A stretch of 64,000 bases of DNA from Octopus sinensis (GCF_006345805.1 NC_043020.1:14074001-14138000), one strand, 5' to 3'; positions 1 through 12,771 are shown, counted from the stretch's first letter. Numbers and translations: made by a program. Notes: generated by a model from the sequence alone, not told the origin.

Positions 1-104
1 AAATGAGTACCAGTCATACACTGGGGTTGATGTAAGTGACCTGCCCCTTCCCCAAACTTGCTAGCCTTGTGCCAAAACTTTGAAAGCAATATATATATAT
101 ATAT

Positions 105-575
105 ATTATCGTCATCATCATCGTCGTCGTCATTGTCATTCAATGTCTGCTTTCCATGCTGGCATGGGTTGGACGATTTGACTGAGGACTGGTGAGCCAG
201 ATGGCTGCACCAGGCTCCAATCTGATCTGGCAGAGTTTCTACAGCTGGATGGATGCCCTTCCTAACGCCAACCACTCTGACAGTGTAGTGGGTGCTTTTA
301 CGCGCCACTGGCACGAGGGCCAGTCAGGTGGTACTGGCAACAGCCACGCTTGAATGGCGTTTTTTACGTGTCACCTGCACAGAAGCCAGTCCAGCAGCAC
401 TGGCAATGACCTCGCTCAAATATTTTTTTTTTTCACGTGCTACAGGCACAAGTGCCAGTAAGGCAACGCTGGTAACGATCATGCTTGAATGGTGCTTTTT
501 ACATGCCACCAGCATGGGAGCCAGTCAGCTGCCCTGGCAACGATCACGCTCGGATGGTGCTTGGTGTTTTAATCG
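105..575 (-). mobile_element. Retroposon 3' end / SINE 'family C' with (ATG)n tail
   Basis: catcatcatcgtttaacgtc...ttccatgctggcatgggttggacg...cagctggatgcccttcctaacgccaaccactc recurs many times in the window (3368, 4070, 13630, 30655, 48665, 63805). Confidence 0.7.
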
Positions 576-1254
576 ATAACGAAGACAAACATCAATTTCT
601 CTCAGTGATCAGCTTGAAAAATTAAGATATTTTCTTAAACATGGAACCAATGGTAGCCTTAATATACAAATAGAGGATCTTTATCCACCAATGCAGTGTG
701 TGAGTGTTTTGATGTATGTTTGTTCTCCACCACCACTTGACAACAGATGTTTATGTCCTGGTAGCTTAGCAGTTAAGCAAAAGAGACCTATAGAATAAGT
801 ACCAGGCATAAAGAAAAAAAGAAAACAAAAAAAAGTACTAGGGATCAATAATTCATTTGACTAAAAGTTCTTCAAAGCGGTGCCCCAACATGGCCATAGT
901 CTAATGACTGAAACATGTCAAAGTAAAAGACCCCCCCCACACACACACTTCCACATAATGCAAACCTCACCATTCATTACATTTCAAGTAACTGCATTAC
1001 CTACTACAGCTACAAGACTTGGCACTGCACCTGTTGCAGTATTGACCATTGTCGTCCGCGGTAACCAAAAAAGTGAATGAATGTGATTAAGAACGTGATT
1101 TGTTTTTAGAATAATTATTAGTACTACTTTAGAGACATCAGATATTGCGAGTCTTCCTAACTCTGGTTAAAATTACCTGGAGTTAAGGGAAAGATTTGAA
1201 ACAGTGGTGAGTGTGACTCTTGGACTCATTATATTCTTTTATTCTTTTATACCT

Positions 1255-1498
1255 TTATTCTTTTATTCTTTTATACTGATTCAAGTCATTAGACTGTGGA
1301 CATGCTGGAGCACTGCCAAGAAGGGTTTTGGTTGAATAAATTGATCTCAGGACTTATGTTTTAAGCCTAGTACTTACTCTATCAGTCTCTTTTACTGAAC
1401 TGCTAAGTTATGGGGATGTAAACACACCAACACCGGTTGTCAAGTAGTGATGAGGGCACAAAGGACACACACACACATATACACATATATATACATAC

Positions 1499-1544
<46 letters not shown>

Positions 1545-1600
1545 GGTGTATATATATATAATATATATACAAATATATTATATAATATATATATATATAT

Positions 1601-1664
<64 letters not shown>

Positions 1665-1710
1665 GTGTATATATATATATAACAAATATATATATATATA
1701 TATGTGTGTA

Positions 1711-1742
<32 letters not shown>

Positions 1743-1873
1743 ATATATATATATATACAAATATATATATATATATATGTGTATATATATAATATTATAT
1801 ATATATATATATATATGTGTATATATATATATATACAAATATATATATATATATATATGGTATATAGTAATAT

Positions 1874-1914
<41 letters not shown>

Positions 1915-1953
1915 AATATATATTATATATATCATCATCATCATCGTTTAACG

Positions 1954-1993
<40 letters not shown>

Positions 1994-2152
1994 GGCTTCT
2001 TTCAGTATCCATCTACCAAATCCACTCATAAGGCTTTGGTTGGCCTGAGGCTATAGTAGAGGACAGTAGCCAAAGGTGCCATGATGTGGAACTGAACCTG
2101 CAACTATGTGGTTGGGAAGCAAACTTCTTACCACACAGCCATGCTTGTGCCT
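1255..2152 (-). mobile_element. tRNA-derived SINE family A, split by a ~530-bp (TA)n/(TACA)n expansion
   Basis: The 3' body (1255-1460) and head (1990-2152) are collinear with intact copies, and the microsatellite occupies the SINE's internal TA tract. Confidence 0.75.
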
Positions 2153-2189
2153 ATTGCAGTATATACATACATATATATAGCTTTATCTC

Positions 2190-2581
2190 TTATCTTTTAC
2201 TTGTTTCAGCCATTTGACTGTGACCATACTGGGGCACCACCTTGAAGGTTTTTTTAATCGAACAAATCAACCCTAAAACTTTTTTTTTTTTTAGCCTAGT
2301 ACTTATTCTATCAGTCTCTTAGGCCAAACCGATAAGTTACAAGGACATAAACAAACCAACACTGGTTGTCAAGCAGAAACGGGGGACAAACACAGACACA
2401 AAGATGCACATGCGCACACACGCGCACACACACAACACACAACAGGCTCCTTTCAGTTTCTGTCTACCAAATCTACTCATAAGGCTTTGGTTGGCTATTA
2501 TAGTAGAAGTCACTTGCCCAAGGTGCTATGCACTGGAACTGAACCTGGAACCATGTGATTAGAAGCAAGCATCTTACCACA
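2190..2581 (-). mobile_element. SINE family A (diverged)
   Basis: Similar to the family consensus ttttacttgtttcagtcatttgactg...cttaccac. Confidence 0.75.
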
Positions 2582-2623
2582 GAGAAAATTTACATACATC
2601 TCTCTCTATTTCTCTCTCTCTCC

Positions 2624-2680
<57 letters not shown>

Positions 2681-2900
2681 TATTCTTTTATTCTTTTACT
2701 TCTTTCAGTCATTTGACTTCAGCCATGCTGGAGCGTGGTCTTTAGTCAAAGAAATCGACCCCAGGACTTATTCTTTGTAAGCCTAGTACTTATTCTATTG
2801 GTCTCTTTTGCTAAACCACTAAGTTTCAAGGATGTAAACATACCAACATCAGTTTTCAAATGATGGCAGACACACACACACACAAAAACATATTTTGCAA

Positions 2901-2947
<47 letters not shown>

Positions 2948-3016
2948 ATACCAGAATATACATACATACACCAGAATACATAAGTATGTACATATGTATG
3001 TACATACATAACAGAG

Positions 3017-3051
<35 letters not shown>

Positions 3052-4720
3052 TTGCATGTATGTATATGAAGTGCATATATCTGTATATACTCACAACATG
3101 GTTACTTTGTAGGAATTTGATGAACCAAAAAGGTTGGGCAGATGGTTGAGGGATAAAATAGAAAACTAGAAAACTGAATTCCATTAATTGGTTTGGCCAA
3201 AAAAGAAACCATGGGTGTTGCCATTAATTGAAAAGATGGTTAAATATTTCAGTTATTTCAAAGACCTCAAGAAAAGCTTTGCATTTTCAGGAAAAGAGGT
3301 GTAATGTTGCAAAATAACAGAGGAAGTTGCTTTAATAAGTTGAGGATTGGTTACAGAAGGAATCAACATCATCATCATCGTTTAACGTCTGCTTTCCATG
3401 CTAGCATGGGTTAGACGGTTCAACTGGGGTCTGGGAAGCCAGAAGGCTGCACCAGGCCCAGTCTGATGGCAGTGTTTCTACAGCTGGATGCCCTTGTAGT
3501 GACGTCATGTTCCAGTGTGCACACACGCAACGTCATTCTTCAGTGTGCGTGTGTGGAACGTCACCTTTGTAGTGACGTCATATTCCAGTGTGCGCACACA
3601 CAACGTCATTCTTCAGTGTGTGTGTGTGCGGAACGTCTTTCTTCAGTGTGCGTGTGCGGGGTTGGAACCTTCTAGAAAGGCATAAGGAAGTTCCCCCATG
3701 CACATGCGCTAGAGACTGAAGAATAAATTCCATAGCGTTCCTTAATAGCGTCGGGGACTTGAGACACGGCGATAGAAGAGAAAGGACGTATATTTTGAAT
3801 CCTGTGATCAGACGCTTGGGATTTGGCCTGTTCTACTGCTGCTGAATTGATGTAAAGCTTACAAACGTTTGAATTCAGCCTTGTTGCGTTGAACTAGGTG
3901 GATATCAGCATACCATCGTGTTTCATTGTTGAACCCAGAAAATAAAGAATTATATATTTTTAAACTTGCGTTTCGTTCCTGACAGGTAGTTTCTAGAAAC
4001 AAAAAGAAAGGAAATTGTGTTGCACCCAAGTTGCACCCCAAAAGCGTAAAGAAGCAACCAGTTCCCTTTACACCCTTCCTAACGCCAACCACTCCGTGAG
4101 TGTAGTGGGTACTTTTTACGTGCCACCGGTACAGGTGCCAGACGAGGCTGGCAAACAGCCACAATGGGATGGCACGGAGACCAGACGAAGCTGGCAACGG
4201 CCACGATCAGATGGTGCTTTTTATGTGCCACCGGCACGGAGGCCAGTCTGGGTGGCGCTGGCTATGGCCACGTTCGGATGGTTCTCTTACGTGCCACCGG
4301 CACTGGTATCACAGCTACAAATTCCAAAGAAACATTTCTAAAAAGTTAGATGAAAGATAGAAGGCTGATTCTAAATCTGAGTCAAAGAGAGACAGTATGA
4401 AACTAACGATAATTAGAGATCAATCAGTTATGATTGATAGGTGCAGGCACAGTCATGTGACAAAGAAGTGTGCATATGGTTAGGTTACAAGTTCAGTCCC
4501 ACTGTGTGGCACCTTGGGCAAATGTCTTTTACTTACAGCTCTAGACTGACCAAAACTTTGTGAGTTTATGTATGTATATATACATGTGAAGGCATGTGGC
4601 TTAGAAAGTTAGACTATTCAGTTCATGAATACTGAGAGGGGAATATGTTGAATAAAATCATAATTAATTAATCCTCCTGTAGTTTTTTTACACAAAACCA
4701 GAGACTTTTCATCACCCCCT

Positions 4721-4771
<51 letters not shown>

Positions 4772-5101
4772 TTTTGAATTTGTGTTAGTGTGTATAGAAA
4801 AATCTATCGGTTTAAAACATGGTCCCATTTTCACATTTTCTATTATGGTATTTTAACATTAACATTTTGTAACGTTCATAACGTTAAATTAGTGCTTTCA
4901 TGCATAGTGTAATCATCAGATTTCAAATGTGTTTAACTGACAGTTGAGTATAACATATTCCCCTCTCAGATTCACACACACACATTTTTTTAATGTATAT
5001 GTATGTGTATATATATAGGGAGAGTTTACGGAAAAAAAACAAAAGACGAAGACAGGTGGTGTACAAAACAAACAGATGTACATTTTTTAAATGTATATGT
5101 A

Positions 5102-5144
<43 letters not shown>

Positions 5145-5485
5145 TGTGTGTGTGTGTGTGTGTGTGGTGTGTGTGTATATATAGGGAGAGTTTACGGAAA
5201 AAAAAACAAAAGACAAAGACAGGTGGTGTACAAAACAAACAGATGTATTAGTATAGCGCTCAGGTATAGAAAAAGTCTTTTACGTTTCAAGCCTACGCTC
5301 TTCTACAGAGAGGTACACAGAAAGAAACGAGAGAAAAAAAAATGTGTGTAGTGGCTAACGATCTATCATGGCGACTATATATGTGTGTGTGTGAATCTGC
5401 AAGGAGAATATGTTGAATAAAATCATAATGTATTTCCTTTTACACAAATCCAGGAACTTTTCAGCACTCCATTGCATATAGTTTT

Positions 5486-6876
5486 AACTCTAGCATTCAG
5501 ATTACTCTCTCAAATGCAATGCTTACTTATTCACACCGTTTTGAATCAACCATGCACTAACTTGTAGCTTTGAGATTTCAATGATGTAACTATTTATTGT
5601 TAAAATGACATTGTAGGGTAGGTGTGAGAGGTTAGACCTGTCTGGTTTGAACATTACATAGGTAGTAATATTTGGGAAAGGCAGCAAGCTGGCAGAAACG
5701 TTAGCATGCCGAGTGAAATGCTTAGCAGTATTTTGTCTGCCGTTACGTTCTGAGTTCAAATTCCGCCAAGGTCAACTTTGCTTTCATCCTTTCGGGGTCA
5801 ATTAAATAAGTACCAGTCACACACTGGGGTTGATATAATCAGCTTAATCCGTTTATCTGTCCTTGTTTGTACCCTCTGTGTTTAGCCCCTTGTGGGTAGT
5901 AAAGAAATAGGTATTTCGTCTGCCGTTACGTTCTGAGTTCAAATTCCGCCGAGGTCGACTTTGCCATTCATCCTTTCAGGGTCGATAAATTAAGTACCAG
6001 TTACGCACTGGGGTCGATGTAATCGACTAATCCCTTTGTCTGTCCTTGTTTGTCCCCTCTGTGTTTAGCCCCATGTGGGTAGTAAGAAATAGGTATTTCG
6101 TCTGCCGTACGTTCTTCTGAGTTCAAATTCCACCACGAGGTCGACTTTGCCTTTATCCTTTCAGGGTCGATAATTAAGTACCAGTTACGCACTGGGTTCG
6201 ATGTAATCGACTTAATCCCTTTGTCTGTCCTTGTTTGTCCCCTCTGTGTTTAGCCCCATGTGGGTAGTAAGAAATAGGTATTTCGTCTGCCGTACGTTCT
6301 TCTGAGTTCAAATTCCACCACGAGGTCGACTTTGCCTTTATCCTTTCAGGGTCGATAATTAAGTACCAGTTACGCACTGGGTTCGATGTAATCGACTTAA
6401 TCCCTTTGTCTGTCCTTGTTTGTCCCCTCTATGTTTAGCCCCTTGTGGGTAGTAAAGAAATAGGTATTCGTCTGCCGTTACGTTCTGAGTTCAAATTCCG
6501 CCGAGGTCGACTTTGCCATTCATCCTTTCAGGGTCGATAAATTAAGTACCAGTTACGCACTGGGGTCGATGTAATCGACTTAATCCCTTTGTCTGTCCTT
6601 GTTTGTCCCCTCTGTGTTTAGCCCCATGTGGGTAGTAAAGAAATAGGTATTTCGTCTGCCGTTACGTTCTGAGTTCAAATTCCACCGAGGTCGACTTTGC
6701 CTTTCATCCTTTCAGGGTCGATAAATTAAGTACCAGTTACGCACTGGGTTCGATGTAATCGACTTAATCCCTTTGTCTGTCCTTGTTTGTCCCCTCTATG
6801 TTTAGCCCCTTGTGGGCAATAAAGAAATAAGGAATATTTGGGCCAAATATGGCCAGTTTAAATACTAAAGGGTTAA
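5486..6876. mobile_element. piggyBac-type ~220-bp MITE (family P1) interrupted by the SINE B array
   Basis: Left part tagcattcagattact... and right end ...ctaaagggTTAA; joining the halves restores the P1 consensus. Confidence 0.7.
5677..6832 (+). mobile_element. SINE family B hexamer (one full head plus five ~183-bp headless units)
   Basis: Units restart at 5911, 6093, 6278, 6464 and 6647. Each has a B-box-like GAGTTCAAATTC. A 10-bp direct repeat aatatttggg flanks the array (5667-5676, 6833-6842). The core resembles the Meta/MESC SINE domain from memory (unverified). Confidence 0.85.
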
Positions 6877-7373
6877 ACCAGAGCATACCTTAATCATCTT
6901 CCGACAACTTTAGATCCCACAAGTTATAATTAGTAACGATGATGACTAAGGAGTATGAAGGGACTTATCTGTGTTGCACAACGTTTGCCACTCCTGTGGA
7001 CTTTGGATTTATCTACCTTAAACTTGATTATTTCTTATCAAAAAAGACTGAGTGATGAATAAGTAGCCAGGTCAGTGGGTATGATTAGTGTGACGACAAT
7101 TTAGACACGGTAATGATGGGGTAGAGGAGAGGAGGGACCCGGTGGGGGAATTATCAAAAGTGTAACAAAAATACTTGAGCTGTGACAGTTCTAAACTGAC
7201 TGCCATGAGTTTGAATGATAGCATATATATATATATATATATAGATAGATAGATACACACACACATACTTAATCATATACATATATACATGCATGTGTGT
7301 ATATGTGTGTGAATGTGTTTCCATGAGTTTGCATTTTGCCCCTCATCGACATGTGTTTATATATCTATCTATC

Positions 7374-7404
<31 letters not shown>

Positions 7405-7509
7405 ATATACATATTTATACATGTGTATATATATATATATATATTTATATACATATTTATATATATATATATATACATATATATGCATATATATATCTAT
7501 ATATACATA

Positions 7510-7798
7510 TACTCTTTACTTGTTTCAGTCATTTGACTGCAGCCATGCTGGAGCACCGCCTTTAGTTGAGCAAATCAACCCCAGGACTTATTCTTTGTAA
7601 GCCTAGTACTTATTCTATCGCTTTCTTTTGCCAAACCGCTAAGTTACGGGGACGTAAACACAAATATACAAACACACACACACACTCATATATATATATA
7701 CGACAGGCTTCTTTCAGTTTTCGTTTACCAAATCCACTCACAAGGCTTTGGTCGGCCTGAGGCTATAGTAGAAGACACTTGCCTAAGGTGCCATGCAG
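7510..7798 (-). mobile_element. SINE family A (5'-truncated)
   Basis: Matches the family consensus. Confidence 0.8.
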
Positions 7799-8039
7799 TA
7801 AAAACTGCCCAACAAGCATAGAATCAGCTTCCAAGTAAAGAGAAATATAGGTTGAAGGTGTTTGTTAAGAAACTGTACCAATGTATCTTATACTAATCCT
7901 TTAGCGTTCGTCAAATGTAATGCTTATTGACTTAAATTATTTTGAATTAATCATGCATTGTCTCATACCTTTGACATTTTGATAATATAATTGTTTATTT
8001 TTAAAATTACATTGTAGAACAGGTGTGAGTGGACACAGA

Positions 8040-9160
8040 TGATTAATTTGAACATAAAACAAGGAGAATATTTGGGCAGGTTACGGCCAGTTTAAATGCT
8101 AAAGAGTTAAAGGGTCATAGGAAAAGTTTAGAAAATCTTAAGTCCTTACAATATGATGACAGTATACAAAAGCAGATCTACCCTATGACCCTCAATATAT
8201 AGATAGATGTATATTGGAGAGAGGGATATGTTGAAAAAGTACCCCTGCTTTTAAATACTGTCCTGATGTGTTGTGGAACACAGACAGACCTGAATTTTCC
8301 TAGCATATCCTTTAACTTTTTTGATACGAACCTACCGAAGAATTCCTTGGATCTATGATATAAATTTCTTGTGTTAAACCTTTTAGGGTTCAGATTAGTT
8401 TGAACATAAAACAAGTAGAATATTTGGGCAGGTTATGGCCAGTTTGAATGCTAAAGAGTCAAAGGGACATAGGAAAAGTTTAGAAAAACTGAAGTCCTTA
8501 CAATATGATGACAGTATACAAAAGCAGATCTACCCTATGACCCTCAATATATAGATAGATGTATATTGGAGAGAGGGATATGTTGAAAAAGTACCCCTGC
8601 TTTTAAATACTGTCCTGATGTGTTGTGGAACACAGACAGACCTGAATTTTCCTAACATATCCTTTAACTTTTTTGATACGAACCTACCTAAGAATTCCTT
8701 GGATCTATGATATAAATTTCTTGTGTTAACCTTTTCATTACTGTATTTATTTTGAGATTCTCTGTGCTTCTTTCAATTACTTTAAATATAACAAAGAATT
8801 TAGTAAAATCACTTAGTTATCATTAAGCTAGTGTTAGAAACATAAATTGTAGCTAAGGTTTGGTGGAAGATTTTAATTCATAACTTTTGAAAACAAGACA
8901 TTTGTACTCAGAGCCAGAGCCGGTTTCAGCTGGGTTGGTAACGAAAGGGTTAAACCTTTTAGGGTTCAGATTAATTTGAACATAAAACAAGTAGAATATT
9001 TGGGCAGGTTATAGGAAAAGTTTAGAAAATCTGAAGTCCTTACAATATGACCTGAATTTTCCTAACATGTCCTTTAATTTTTTTGATACGAACCTACCTA
9101 AGAATTCTTTGGTTCTATGATATAAATTTATTGTGTTAAAACTTTTAGGGTTCAGATTAC
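8040..9160 (-). pseudogene. Tandemly repeated (~352-bp period, third copy deleted) decayed piggyBac-transposase-like fragment
   Basis: Minus strand reads KKLKDMLGKFRSVCVPQHI..VFKSRGTFSTY, resembling piggyBac ...F.SVYVP.Q.ISIDES...FKGR.SF.QY. It sits among piggyBac-type MITE ends. Confidence 0.4.
8730..8949. mobile_element. piggyBac-type MITE family P2 (220 bp)
   Basis: TTAA|ccttttcattac...gtaacgaaaggg|TTAA. The neighbouring tandem unit shows the empty TTAA site. Confidence 0.85.
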
Positions 9161-9349
9161 ACCATCAAATGCAATACTTAAGTATTAATGTCATTTTGAA
9201 TTAATCATGCATTATTCCATAATCTTGAGATTTGAGTGATGTGATTCTTTGTTTTTAAAATGACACTGTAGGGTAGGTGTAAAAGGCCAGATCTGACCAG
9301 TTTCAACATAAAACAGGTAGAATATTTTGGCCGGCTATGACCAGTTTAA

Positions 9350-9569
9350 CCCTTTAGTGTTCAGATTACTTTGTTAAATGTAATACTTTTTCACTCAAAT
9401 TGTTTTGAATTAATCATTTATTATATTATAGTTTTGAGGTTTCAATGGTGTGATAGTTTATTCTTAGAATGTCAATGTAGGTTAGGTGTGAGAGGCTAGA
9501 TATGGCCAGTTTGAATATAAAACATGTAGAATATTTGGGCCGGATATGGCCGGTTTAAACACTAAAGGG
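9350..9569. mobile_element. piggyBac-type MITE family P1 nested in another P1 copy
   Basis: TTAA|ccctttagtg...cactaaaggg|TTAA lies inside the subterminal TTAA of a host copy (about 9140-9585). Confidence 0.8.
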
Positions 9570-9968
9570 TTAAATGCTAAAGGGTCAGATCAATACCTTC
9601 CGCTAGAATTTTATCGTAATTTTTGTTTCAAATATGTCTTAATTATGACAGTTGTTTTACTAAATTCTTCATTATTTTCAAAATAATTGAGACCAAGGTA
9701 GTGTAACTGGTCTCTTGGAAGGTAATGTTATGTTACTAATAGTACGACCATCATTAGTGTTATTATCATCACCTTCCTGTAGGAAATAACGAAAAAGTTA
9801 AGTGTCTGACTGACAGCAGGTTGTATAATTTTAATTAATAATAAGATAAGTTAATGAGGAAAACTATAATAATTTTAAACACTTAAGCCAAGGATAGATA
9901 AATTAATGAATAAGTGGAAATAAATAAATAAATAAATAATAAATTAAATTAAATTAAATTAGTAAGAA

Positions 9969-10330
9969 TAGGCGTAGGAGTGGTTGTGTGGTAAGTAGCT
10001 TGCTTACAAACCACATGGTTCCGGGTTCAGTCTCACTGCGTGGCACCTTGGGCAAGTGTCTTCTACTATAGCCTCAGGCCAACCAAAGCCTGTCAGTGGA
10101 TTTGGTAGACGGAAACTGAAAGAAGCCTGTCATATATATGTGTATATATCTATACAACAACAATTGAGGAACGGCTACAATAGGCCGTTCGACCCACTAG
10201 AAATAGCAGCCAGGGCTCCAACCGCAAATAGTAGTAATTCCGAAATCTAAGGAAAAATTAAAAAAACATTTACCGTTCTTCTTTAGACAATGCATTGTTT
10301 CGGCGTTTTTTAATGGTAAGCCAGCCTGAT

Positions 10331-10377
<47 letters not shown>

Positions 10378-10582
10378 TTGTGTGTCTGTGTTTGTCCCCC
10401 CAACATCGCTTGACAATTGATGGTGTGTTTACGTCGTCCCCGTAACTTAGCAGTTCGGCAAAAGAGAACAATAGAATAAGTACTAGGCTTACAAAGAATA
10501 AGTCCTGGAGTCGATTTTCTCAACTAAAGGCAGTGCTCCAGCATGGCCACAGTCACATGACTGAAACAAGTAAAAGAGTAAA
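9969..10582 (+). mobile_element. SINE family A with internal insertion
   Basis: Head taggcgtaggagtggttgtgtgg, B-box-like ggttcagtc, tail aagtaaaagagta. Foreign ~170 bp at 10160-10330. Confidence 0.8.
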
Positions 10583-10751
10583 AAAAGTAAGCAGTTCTAA
10601 ATTTAGTGATCATTTTTATTATTATCACAATCATCATCATCATCAAGTGGAAATTACTGACCCCCTTATACCAGGTTTTAATTAAATGAAATAATGGTTC
10701 AAAACTTTGATAAGACTCAACAAATAAAGTTTTGCTATTATCTATTATCAT

Positions 10752-10989
10752 TATCTATTTCTTTACTACCCACAAGGGGCTAAACATAGAGGGGACAAAC
10801 AAGGACAGACAAACGGATTAAGTCGATTACATCGACCCCAGTGCATAACTGGTACTTAATTTATCGACCCCGTAAGGATGAAAGGCAAAGTCAACCTCGG
10901 CGGAATTTGAACTCAGAACGTAGTGACAGACGAAGTACGGCTACGCATTTCGCCCGGCGTGCTAACGATTCTGCCAGCTCGCCACCTTA
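10752..10989 (-). mobile_element. SINE family B monomer
   Basis: Full-length match to the family B consensus. Confidence 0.85.
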
Positions 10990-11443
10990 AATTATTATCA
11001 CCATCATTATCATTGATGTCATCATTGTCACCATCATCATCAAGAAGATGAATTATTAGAGGGATGTTAGGAAATTTTACAAGATCTGCAGTCCCTACAA
11101 TATGCAGGACAATATCAGGAAGAATCCCAATAAGGATAAAGTTAAAGAAAAACAGGCTGACAATACCATAGAGATGAAACCAAGGTTGATTTTGTGACAA
11201 TGACGATGATGATGATGATGATAGTAATAATAATAATAATATTGATTTCAAATTTGGGCACAAGACCAGCAAGCTCAGAGGAGCACTGCCTTTAGTTGAG
11301 AAAATCGACCCCAGGACTTATTCTTTGTAAGCCTAGTACTTATTCTATCGTTGTCTTTTGCCGAACTGCTAAGTTACGGGGATGAAAACACACCATCAAT
11401 TGTCAAGCGATGTTGGGGGGACAAACACAGACACACAAACACT

Positions 11444-11497
<54 letters not shown>

Positions 11498-12298
11498 GGT
11501 ATGTAGAAAAATACAACATGGACAAGAACGTATAACTCATAGAAGACGATACAATAAACATGGACAGGACACTCGAACCCCTCAGTCTTCAGTCAAGAAC
11601 CGGATCATCGTAGTAATTTCGGCTGATTAATCTTGAAAATATATATATACATATATATACATATATATGACAGGCTTCTTTCAGTTTCCGTCTACCAAAT
11701 CCACTCACAAGGCTTTGGTTGGCCTGAGGCTATAGTAGAAGACAACTAGTATTAATTTTATCAACCCTGAAATGATGAAAAGCAAAGTTGACTTCAGTGG
11801 AACTTGAACTCAGAACATAAGGATGGTTGATATGTTGTAAGCATTTTGCCTGGTGTGTTAACGATTCTGCCAGCTCGTGACCTTAAAATTAATAATAATA
11901 ATGGTTTCACATTTTGGCACAAGGCCAGTAATTTCAACGGAGTGGGTAAGTTGATAACATCAACCCCAGTACTCAACTGGCACTTATTTTATTGACCCTG
12001 AAAGGATGAAAGGCAGAGTTAACATTTTAACTCAGAACGCAAAGACGGACGAAATACTGTTAAGCATTTTTGCTGGCACAGTAACAATTCTGCCAGCTCA
12101 CCCCTTGAAAATAATAATAATAATATTCAACAAAAATAAGCCTTAAGAAACTGAAACATTAAAAGAGAGGAACAAATTGTGATGTTGGGAATTTCTATCT
12201 ACCCTTTTTCTAAATATCAAGTAGAGCCCTTTATCTGAAGGGAGCATGACCCTGACTTCTTTCTTACACACTAAAACTTCATGCTAAGGTAACTTTAA

Positions 12299-12771
12299 CC
12301 CTTTCGTTACTGTATTTATTTTGAGATGCTCTGTGTTTCTTTCAATTACTTTAAATATAACAAAGAATTTAATAAAATAACTTAGTTATCATTCAGCTAG
12401 TGTTAGGAACGTAAATTGTGACTAAGGCTTGGTGGAAGATTTTAATTCAAAACTTATGAAAACAAGACATTCGTACAACAGAGCCGGTTTCAGCCGGGTT
12501 GGTAACGAAAGGGTTAAGCTAGTGTTTGGAACGTAAATTGTGACTAAGGCTTGGTGGAAGATTTTAATTCAAAACTTATGAAAACAAGACATTTGTACTC
12601 AGAGCCAGAGCCGGTTTTGGCCGGGTTAGTAACAAAAGGGTTAAGCTAGTGTTTGGAACATAAATTGTGACTAAGGCTTGGTGGAAGATTTTAATTCAAA
12701 ACTTATGAAAACAAGATATTTTACCACAGAGCCAGAGCCGGTTTTGGCCGGGTTAGTAACAAAAGGGGTAA
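12299..12771. mobile_element. piggyBac MITE P2 (12299-12513) followed by two tandem copies of its last ~127 bp
   Basis: TTAA|ccctttcgttac...gtaacgaaaggg|TTAA, then repeats that restart at an internal TTAAgctagtg. Confidence 0.85.

Noticed and set aside
1130-1212. Possible plus-strand exon ending GTG|GTGAGT
   Set aside because: All three frames close and there is no recognisable homology.
1403-2048. Long YIYI/HTHT/CVCV ORFs (also 17022-17590, 20390-20815, 23769-24204, 62252-62874)
   Set aside because: Translations of dinucleotide microsatellites that lack stops; not genes.
5677-6832. CRISPR-like array
   Set aside because: Units are wholly repeated with no unique spacers, the context is eukaryotic, and there are no cas genes.
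11490-11640. Hammerhead ribozyme in a Penelope-like fragment
   Set aside because: GAAA and CTGAAGA are present but stem II cannot be paired in either topology.
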